From NCBI GenBank assembly GCA_010093745.1, contig MU005987.1:62001-126000 (forward strand): a DNA stretch of 64,000 nt, in the 5' to 3' direction. Shown here one piece after another: positions 45,746-54,371 of this stretch (position 1 is its first letter; the number at the start of each line of letters is the position of its first letter). Position numbers and translations under genes: made by a program. The notes below the pieces were generated by a model. The model was not told the DNA's origin, made no database searches, and worked only from the letters and a program-made list of their open reading frames with translations. The DNA is from Piedraia hortae CBS 480.64. Its lineage: Eukaryota.

Positions 45746-46372
45746 TCACCACTGTCCCTTGACCAATCTTGTCAGCTCAGGAAAGGTCCCATTGAACACA
45801 CTCCAGTCCTGACGCTCTTTCTTCTTATATTGCCAGAAGGTATAGTTTGTCCACCCACCAGGTATAGGCCCCAGGGTAGGGGCATAGCTTGCTAGCCAAA
45901 AGTAATTGGTCTTAGCCAATTATTTTTATCATCTATTCATCTGATCTGACCAGCGCCTGATCCAATCAACTGTGATCTTGCTGCACTCCTCTGATAAGTC
46001 TCTTTTAAGGTCAAGCACAGCTGGAAGTGTCAGGCCATTGTCAACCCACAGCCCACCGTGATTGTAAACAAAGTCTTGGACTTCATCCATTGGGTCGTTT
46101 ATCCTATTGCCAAAGTGATAAGCTCCATGGTATAGGTCGGCCGCTCTGGCACCGGCTAACAGATTCTCAAAGCATGGGTTCGGAGAACCTATGCCACGGT
46201 TTGCCCTGATTAATACAAAGTGCGCACAGAGACGCTTGATGGCCTCGAAATCTCAACTGTCTCCGTATTTCGACATACCAGTCCCTAAGACTTGATTTGC
46301 CTCTGCATCGTTAAGCCCAGGCAGAGCGAAAGCCGTCGCAGTAAGAGTAAAAAGGGCCAAACTGAGCTTCAT
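45746..46372 (-). pseudogene. GH25 muramidase (Chalaropsis-type lysozyme) pseudogene
   Basis: One frame of 209 codons: signal peptide MKLSLALFTLTATAFA, FVLIRA, GAYHF, HGGLWVDNGLTLPAVLDL, WLASY, IPGGWTNYTFWQY, FNG. In-frame stops at 46253-46255, 45929-45931, 45926-45928 and 45920-45922. Confidence 0.88.
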
Positions 46373-46801
46373 TGTGACTGCAGGTGCTGAACGAAGGAGG
46401 TAGAAAGCTTATCTAGTCGGTCCATGGAGAGACGGGCAAGGACAAGCGACTACCCACTCGCCAAGCAAAAAAGACCAACATTGCCCTTCCCTGAGGACCA
46501 ATTTACCTGGTCCTCCATGAATTGTATGCACGGCCGCAGTGCTGCCTGTTACTGATCCTCTTCCAAAGCCCTGTGGAGGCGCAGTCGTCATTTGAGATAT
46601 CACTTGGATCTGAAAACCACTGTGTTGCTGGACAACTGAGCAGCTTCATCGCACGCCTCTCTGCGATCTGTGCAGACTCTTATTGAACATTAGCTACAGT
46701 TCAAGTAGGCAGTCACATCCTCAGTTCATCGTCTCATCGTCTCATTCCTCCCGCCCCCAAGAAAGGTCCATCGTTATTCGTAGCCATACACCGGTCAAAC
46801 A

Positions 46802-47098
46802 TCACAATGATACCTTCATATTCCTGGTCTCTCCTGCCTTCAATTTTTCTGCAAGCACCGTTTTCTTGTCGGTATCCTTGAACCCCAATTCTTCATCGTT
46901 CGGCTCCGTCAACACTCGAGTGATGGTCATGCAGCCTCCAACCAGGACGTTCAACCCCGTGACGTTGACGCAGATGGCCGCGTCGCGGAACCCTGCAAGC
47001 TCCACGCAAAGGCTGAGGAGGGCGAGAGCGAGAGCGAGAGAGGCTCGTAAAGGAGTGGGAAAATCGAACGTTATGTTGAATGACATGAGTGAGGTCAT
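46802..47098 (-). CDS. Possible small membrane protein (98 aa)
   Basis: ATG ORF MTSLMSFN.. with two hydrophobic segments and a charged tail. No family recognised. Confidence 0.3.
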   Translation of the reverse strand: MTSLMSFNITFDFPTPLRASLALALALLSLCVELAGFRDAAICVNVTGLNVLVGGCMTITRVLTEPNDEELGFKDTDKKTVLAEKLKAGETRNMKVSL

Positions 47099-47624
47099 GG
47101 TGCGTCGAGCCGCATGTATTGTTGCGGCGATGAAAGCGATGAGTTGGGTCTTAGAGGAGTCCAGGCGACGTTGGCAAGGCTGAGGCGCATTGGGAACTTT
47201 AAACCCCACTCTGCTTTCGCCAAGACGCGCAAGTACACTTTTGCTCAAAAGATAAGGGTTGTCAACTGCGCAGCGGCTTGGGTTTGCTTATCATCAGGAG
47301 GCTATTAGATCTAGTAGGGAGTGGTTTGGCATGATCGAACAGGCAAGACTTGTTTGTCGCGCCTGAGGTAAAAGCAAAAGACACGTCGGTCAACATGAGC
47401 AAAGTCTTTCTTTTTGAGGCCAGACCCTGATTCCAGTTGGCAAACGTCATCTTTCAGCTATAGTTGAGTGCGTGCTAAAAAAAAGAAACGTATCCGCTAA
47501 ACAGTACACCCGGTTACCGTCGTGTAATAACATCCAATTGGAATTTACATGTAACGCACTACGAACCTCACCAAGAACTGAACCTGAATGGCAGAGCTAC
47601 TCCAGAACCACACTCATTTCAAGC

Positions 47625-49058
47625 ATGTCCTCGACAGCATCATCGCGCGCGCTAGATTACCTTGAGCTGCTCCCTGGTACCACTTTCCTTAAGCTCTATC
47701 GTCAACCGTCAACATGTCTCGCAATCTTCCGGCGTATGCTGCCACATCTAGCCAAAACCCTTGTAATGGCTCTTCTCTATATGCCTGAGCCTCTCTCAAG
47801 GTCTGATCTTCATATGTGGTTCAAAAATGATAACGCCAGTTCGAGCGCGCGCACCAGAGCAATCAGCATTCTACAACGACTGCGAATCCTTTTTGATGCT
47901 CGAGATGCCAACAGTAAATCTGCCTATGTCCTCAGTACAGAGTTCAGCAAAGGTTTGCGTCTGGCTCTGACAGGCGGTGGTCAACATTACAGCTTTGGCG
48001 TACCCAGCCATACTCCAGATACGAACCCGCCTGACATAGCAGACCTGGATATATTCGCTCGCCAACGCTGGGAAGCCATACTATATTTTGTCGCAGGAAG
48101 CTCAGGCCTCGGTTTTGTTGACACAGTAAGGCCAAGCGCAAGCACAAAACAAGTCCTAACCGATGCCCGATTTGTCGCCGGATCGGTCAACAGCCCCAGG
48201 ATTACCAAAGAAGGGTTCGAATTCCTACTCCAAGACGTGAACACGCAGGTCTGGACCCTTCTAATCAAGTATCTATCCATGGCAGATAAATTAGACATGG
48301 ACCAAGTCGAAACCATGACCTTTCTCTTTATGCTAGGTAGCGCAGAATTGGGCATGGGCTACGCCCTACCTGCCGAGAACGAGCACAGCTCCAACCAGTC
48401 AAAACTGCTTAGCGATCTACAAGATTTTGGCTTAATCATGGTCCGCGGGGAACGATATTACCCTACCCGTCTAGCAACCACACTAACCAACGATGCGCCC
48501 GCCCTACTCAGCACAACAAGTGGCTCAGGAAAAGGCGAGGGAGAAAAGGGCTTTGTGCTTGTGGAAACCAATTTCCGTCTCTATGCATATACCTCATCAC
48601 CCCTCCTCATCAGCATCATACAACTCTTCGCTGCCTTGCGAACACGCTATCCTAATTTGATAACTGCAAAGATCACCAAGTCGTCTGTTCGAAGAGCAAT
48701 GGAAGCTGGCATCACCTCTGATCAGATCATTTCCTACCTGCAGACTCACGCGCATCCTATTGTTCGTCGCCAGGTGCCGTCATTGCCGCATACTGTGGTC
48801 GATCAAATACGGCTTTGGCAGATCGAGGGCGAGCGTATGGTTACCAATAGTGGTTACCTGATCAGGGACTGCGGCTCTGAGCAAGATTTCAACAAAGCTG
48901 TGGAATATGCTGATAAATTGGGTGTGCTGAAGAAGACCTTTAAAACAAGAGGATCCTTCTTCGTCACCAGGATGGACCAAATGCAGGAATATTTCAAGGC
49001 GGAAGCGAGAAACAAAAAGGAGGCGGAAAGAAAAAAGACTGGTGGTCGATTGGATTAA
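47625..49058 (+). CDS. TFB2: TFIIH subunit Tfb2 (p52)
   Basis: LYRQPSTCLAIFRRMLP, ITKEGFEFLLQD, YYPTRLA, VETNFRLYAYTSSPL, TVVDQIRLWQIE. Confidence 0.96.
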   Translation: MSSTASSRALDYLELLPGTTFLKLYRQPSTCLAIFRRMLPHLAKTLVMALLYMPEPLSRSDLHMWFKNDNASSSARTRAISILQRLRILFDARDANSKSAYVLSTEFSKGLRLALTGGGQHYSFGVPSHTPDTNPPDIADLDIFARQRWEAILYFVAGSSGLGFVDTVRPSASTKQVLTDARFVAGSVNSPRITKEGFEFLLQDVNTQVWTLLIKYLSMADKLDMDQVETMTFLFMLGSAELGMGYALPAENEHSSNQSKLLSDLQDFGLIMVRGERYYPTRLATTLTNDAPALLSTTSGSGKGEGEKGFVLVETNFRLYAYTSSPLLISIIQLFAALRTRYPNLITAKITKSSVRRAMEAGITSDQIISYLQTHAHPIVRRQVPSLPHTVVDQIRLWQIEGERMVTNSGYLIRDCGSEQDFNKAVEYADKLGVLKKTFKTRGSFFVTRMDQMQEYFKAEARNKKEAERKKTGGRLD

Positions 49059-49063
49059 ATGGT

Positions 49064-50143
49064 CTATGGACCGTGAAGCTTCCCCATCCATCTGGCTACG
49101 TAGCGTTTCTCATTGCTTGCGTCCAACCTGGTTTGAAGGCTCGAGTTTTTCAACTCGTCTGCCAGCCTCCGCTGGAAGAATATCAAACTTTGGCGAGCTT
49201 CAGCTGTAGTACACTGGTTGTACAAGTATGTCAGTGCACGCAATTGGCGTTCTGTCTCGGCCTCGCTGGTGTGGTGGCTTGGACAGTCATCCTCTGCGTC
49301 TTCGGTTCGGTAACGGTCTATGAGTGCTGAAAATCGCCCGCACCAGTAGGATATCGGCTGCGCATGGTCAATGCTGTGCTTATTGATGCTTGTAACCTCG
49401 ATTTTCTCAGCGATGCTGGCTTGCTCTGCGAAAGGAGGTTTTTTGCCGGTGGGGCCACGTTCTTTCGCAGCTTCTTGATTATCATCGCGCTTTTTACCAC
49501 TGCCAAAGAGGTTTTCCCGAAGGTTGTCCAATGTGAGGCGTGTTGCAGCCGACCTGATGGGGGTCTGAGCGGGACTTGATTTCTGGGGAGGGCTCCCAAC
49601 CGGACATTTCGTGGCGTTCTTTAGGCTGAGGGGGCTTGCTATTTTCTCGCCTTCGCCCTGGGAGACGTATGCGGGCCTTGGGGTACCTCCACTGACGGTG
49701 ACAGGCGTGGTCGAAATCTTGGGCGGGGGCGTGGTCAGCTTGCTTTTTTCTATCATGGTGTCCTCTTTGCCTTGAGGACAACCTATCATATTATCTTCTG
49801 AGGAAGCCATGTTTCTCAGCTTAACTCTGCTTTTCTTTTCAACTATCTTGTCTTCTTGCTTCCTAACGAAACTCGCCTCTTTCCACAACAGCGTCGGCAG
49901 GCTCTTAAACTTGCAGATCAACGGCTTGATCGAAGAAGTTCCTGCTCTCTGCGTTGCAATAAGTGGTGTCACATCGCAATCGTCAAAATGGCTTGGTGCG
50001 TTGCTGTTAAGCGTGGATGTCACATGCTTGCTGGTGGTGTCGCTGTGTGAACAATTATCGTCAAATACGCCGTATACATTCCCACGACGACGAGTGAAAG
50101 GATTCATTCGACGGAAAGATGCACGATGGCTGAGTTCCGGCAT
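49064..50143 (-). CDS. Hypothetical protein with conserved-looking C-terminal helical domain
   Basis: ATG ORF with a disordered N-terminus and C-terminal AQPISYWCGRFSALIDRY..CTTAEARQSL. Confidence 0.7.
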   Translation of the reverse strand: MPELSHRASFRRMNPFTRRRGNVYGVFDDNCSHSDTTSKHVTSTLNSNAPSHFDDCDVTPLIATQRAGTSSIKPLICKFKSLPTLLWKEASFVRKQEDKIVEKKSRVKLRNMASSEDNMIGCPQGKEDTMIEKSKLTTPPPKISTTPVTVSGGTPRPAYVSQGEGEKIASPLSLKNATKCPVGSPPQKSSPAQTPIRSAATRLTLDNLRENLFGSGKKRDDNQEAAKERGPTGKKPPFAEQASIAEKIEVTSINKHSIDHAQPISYWCGRFSALIDRYRTEDAEDDCPSHHTSEAETERQLRALTYLYNQCTTAEARQSLIFFQRRLADELKNSSLQTRLDASNEKRYVARWMGKLHGP

Positions 50144-50488
50144 ACTGAACCTCGTCGCTGTGTGATGAAGTGAGACGTCTTTGTGAAAACAACCGGGGTT
50201 ATTCCTCTCCCCAGTGAGGAAGGCACGATCCCAGGTTACGCGAGACAAGCAAAGGTATCACATCACACAGATTCTTAGCCAACGTGACCGGAAAAGCTTT
50301 AGTGCTCTGTAAGAAATTGTAAGCCTTGACTCGCAAACCTTGTGAGTGGCATCGCTTAGAAGAGTTTGTCCATGAATGATCAATCCAACCAATACCCACG
50401 CTGGGTGGGTGAGAGAATGCTCTAGCAACCTTGCATCGCGCATGTGGGATTCACGAGTCATTTCAAAGGAAAAGAGTACCCACAGCTG

Positions 50489-51318
50489 ATGGGTACGAAT
50501 CACCTGACCACATTTCAATTTTTCACTGGAGAGCCTTTTCCTGCAATGCACGTATTGCACAGTGACTTGGCCGCATTTGGAATGTCTGAGTCTTTCGAAA
50601 ACTGTACTATGCAAGCGGAACCAACACCAACGATCCCCCAAGTGCCCCAGCGGCTACCATACCAAGAAATCGTCTCAGCCAAGATAAATCCCGAACAACA
50701 TTACAACCCAGACATGGTTGTGACATGGTACAGACACGTTTTGAGCAATCACCTGGGGACGGATCGCAGCGTATTTAATAGTGTCACCTGCAAGCTGCAA
50801 GTAGGGTTTCAACACGGTAAGCCGAACGATTGGAGGGCTCTCTTCGATTGGGTGGCGAAGCAGCTTATTAAAATGTGGCGACGGTATGAAATCTACTACG
50901 GCCAATTCACTACACCCACGGCTAAGGTTGCTCACGCTATCGCCGACTTTTTTTCTTGGGAGGCGAGTTCAGTCATGCAGCGGCTTGGTTAAGGCAGGCG
51001 ATGGAAGGGTTCATGCTGGGCCTGGGCACGTGCAGTCCAGTTTCCCTCGCCGTGGTTGAGAGGATGTTCTATTGCTATGATGCGATGAAGAAGTATGGAG
51101 ACGCAAAAGATATGGCTGAGTGGCTGAGAAGGCATGACCGTACACGACAATTGAAGTCCTTGACCGGATATGATTATTCTAAAAGAGATGATTCAATGCC
51201 AGACGTTGCAGTAAAGAGTTTCAATCTCTTTGACCTGTTCAAGCAAGGCAAGAAGAGGGGCATTGAGGATGTCGCGATTGAGGACGATGAGCGAGCATTC
51301 AAGAGGCCTAGGAGTTAG
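50489..51318 (+). pseudogene. TPR-like (kinesin-light-chain-type repeat) gene interrupted by a frameshift in a T7 run
   Basis: Two overlapping ORFs fuse if one T is added at 50948-50954. The join gives YG..TPTAKVAHAIADFFFLGGEFSHAAAWLRQAMEGFMLGLG...KYGDAKDM. Confidence 0.6.
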
Positions 51319-53286
51319 GAAACCAAATCGCCTTGGAGTAGGACATGGAGAGTTATTAGTAGAGGAGACTGGATCGTCATGCTTATATTGGATGTCTGGG
51401 GATGCATACCACGTGCAAACGTTACACAAGCCCAGGGAATTGGATGGGCTAAAGCAATGCTAGTTGAAAAACATCAAACAGGTGAATTCCAGATCGCAAG
51501 CTTAGTGGCATTGTCTCACCAAGGAGCGTTATTAGCCAATCACAATAAAAGGCGGCTAGTGTGAAAGTTAGTGGCCAATCATCGCGCAAGGCGGCTGTGC
51601 GCTAAAGGCTACTTACGCCACCTCTTCTCAAGTATTGCCACCAATTTTCTCAAAAATATCACAGCCAAACCAAGCCCCCGCCAATGGCGTCCAGAACTTT
51701 CCGATGACGTCAACGTTGGCTGCAGCTGTATCACTCCTGACCTTCAACCGGGCGGCCAATGGCGATCATTCCTAGGTAAAACTCAGTCACCATGGTCGGC
51801 GGCATTAGCAGGAAGTAATCTTCGTGCCTCGATTGACATGGACATTGTACAACACGGACGCGTCTAAGTATTCGATGTTGAGTGACAATTTGCCAAACTA
51901 CAGTTTTAGTGAAGTGATTCAATCCAACCCCGAAAATTTTCAGCCCATAAAAAGAAAAGCAAACGATTAGAACGCAAACAACATAGCAACCAAACCTCTC
52001 TTAATCACGGCACTTGAAGGTTTTGTAGGGCCCAACTTCCTGGAAGCTGCCATGTCAAATCCCCCATCATCCTCAAAAAAGCACTTAAATTTGGAGCCAT
52101 GCCAGCCATGTGAGCATCTTCAAGTTAAGACCTCCATCTTGATAGGACTAGGACACAACCATGCCGGTGTCATTCATTCAGGCAAGTTGGCTGGTACACC
52201 CAGGAGCTATAACCTGGCTGTTCGCCTTGATAATCAAGCCTTGGTTCTCCATTGCAAAAACATTTATATCTTGTGAAAAGTTGGGTTCAAAGGATGCCAT
52301 TAACTTCCGAATCGCTTCGATTGTGCAGTCAATCTGATGGTTTTATTCATCCCAACCCATTAGCAAGAACGCAGTGAAAATCCCCCATCAACTTTCTTAG
52401 ACGAGAGATCCAGTGCAAATTGACCAAAAAGCGGCCAGCAAGTGGTCTACTTACACTGTCAGAGGATGTTCGTGAGCAAAAATGGAATGGGGAAGTAGTG
52501 AATGTTGGATTCAAGCATCGCCGCTAGCGCGTATGCGGGGCACTTGCATAGCAAGTCAGCGATACCTCTTACACTACCAGCTGCACCCTAGGTTTTTCCC
52601 TCACAGAGGATTTCCCTCAGGGTCATGCCATATGTGACATGGTGAATGCGCCCTGCTAGTGTACGACGTGACGTCAGCGGCCCACCGGTACAGAATTTTC
52701 ATTCTGAAATCCCCTCATAGGGATAAATAGTCATCACACTGTCATATCGACACTGGTATTAACTCAGATACATCTGCATCTGTCCTGTTCCTGTTTCCGC
52801 CTATCGCCTCGTCCTCTTCGGGCCGCTGTGCACTCTCACCCACGGGAGCCCAATCGCTACAGTGAAGTCACTTGTGGGCTTGGCATTTGACACATCTGCG
52901 CAACGAACTTAAAGCCTGCATTTGCAGATCAAGGAAGTGCCTTCCGTTCTGGCGATGTCAAAGAGCATGGAATTCTCGACACGATAAAAACTTGAGATTA
53001 TGCGGGAGGATTTGCTCTTGTAAGCTTCGGTGCGTGGGTCTCGCACCAGGTTTCCTCTACATGACCTTTCGACTTCTGATGTACGGATCGACAAGAGTGC
53101 AGCGTGAAGCTAAAGCGTTCTCTAAAGTATTAACCCTTCTTCCAACCAAGCCTACAGACTGTATTGCTCTTGTCCCCAGTAACAGCACTGTGCTGCATGA
53201 CATGATGTATCAATCCCACCGGTAAAGTAATACCATGTACCTAAATATGTACACGGAAAGTGATAATGACCGTCCTCTACCAGTTT

Positions 53287-54285
53287 CTATGACTTTCCAT
53301 CCCCGGTACTCGCCTCAGGCAGTTCAAGGCCAATAGCCTTCGAAAGCTGATCAAAGTCCACACCATGCTTCTCAAACTCCTTCTCCACCCTCCTCTTAAC
53401 ATTCTTTTGCCCTTGCTCCGTGAACCCTCCATCTCGATCCCGTTCCTCCTCAACAATCTCCATCCACTTGAAAAACAACGACTCCTTCCCCATATTTGTT
53501 AAATGATCCTTGAACTTAACCAACGCCATGCGTCTCTCCTCAACGAGATCCTGTTCCGTTTCAAACTTCCAGATCAACCACCCATCAGACCCGCCGGAAT
53601 GGACAAAAACATGTCTGTCAATATCACTCAGCTTGACTTCGTTCCTCTTATCCAGGGTATGTGCATCAAGCATGGCCTGGAAGTCCAGATCCCAGCTACC
53701 GTCCATTAAGATATAGCCCGTCTTGCGCAGGTGCTGTCTGTCAATGGCGGGCAAGATTCGGGTTTTGAAGAATGGGCTTTCCTCGCCCTTCTTCGCACCG
53801 CGCATGAGATCATTCGCGCCCCAGTTGCGGCTTACGCGCACAACGGCCTCGCGGGGGAGGAAGCCGAGCTGCCAGCGCCATGTTACGGGGTTGGCCGGCT
53901 GTTCGAGAAAGAATGTCAGGGGCCAGGGGCCAATGTAGCGAAAGAGGAGGAAGTCGAAGGCAAACATGAGGAAGCGCCGCAGGAGGATCGAGACCTGCTG
54001 ACGCCGCGTCGTCGTGTCCGGGTCGACGGTTGCGCTGGTGGGATAGCCCAGCATGGTGAGGGCCAGGACATAGTAAACGGGCGCGGCGACCCACAGGCGC
54101 CAGATGAGAAGCGCGGCGATAACGGCATTGAGGACGACGGGAATGAAGAAGATGCGCCGCTTTGTGTCACTCGGTAGCGAGTCAATGTGTACAATGTAGA
54201 CGAGCGACGGGTCCAGCTGGGCCAGAAACGGACCCAGGGACGTAGGCGCTTTTACAAAGGGAACTGGCGGCTTTGGCTTGGCCAT
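53287..54285 (-). CDS. Hypothetical membrane protein (about 332 aa)
   Basis: ATG ORF MAKPKPP.. with 2-3 TM segments. No family recognised. Confidence 0.85.
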   Translation of the reverse strand: MAKPKPPVPFVKAPTSLGPFLAQLDPSLVYIVHIDSLPSDTKRRIFFIPVVLNAVIAALLIWRLWVAAPVYYVLALTMLGYPTSATVDPDTTTRRQQVSILLRRFLMFAFDFLLFRYIGPWPLTFFLEQPANPVTWRWQLGFLPREAVVRVSRNWGANDLMRGAKKGEESPFFKTRILPAIDRQHLRKTGYILMDGSWDLDFQAMLDAHTLDKRNEVKLSDIDRHVFVHSGGSDGWLIWKFETEQDLVEERRMALVKFKDHLTNMGKESLFFKWMEIVEEERDRDGGFTEQGQKNVKRRVEKEFEKHGVDFDQLSKAIGLELPEASTGDGKS

Positions 54286-54371
54286 TGTGCGTTTTGTATA
54301 CATGGAAGAAGGGGAAAAAAAAAAACTCCACAATTGACCTACAGACCCGAGTTCACTCATACACTTTCCTC

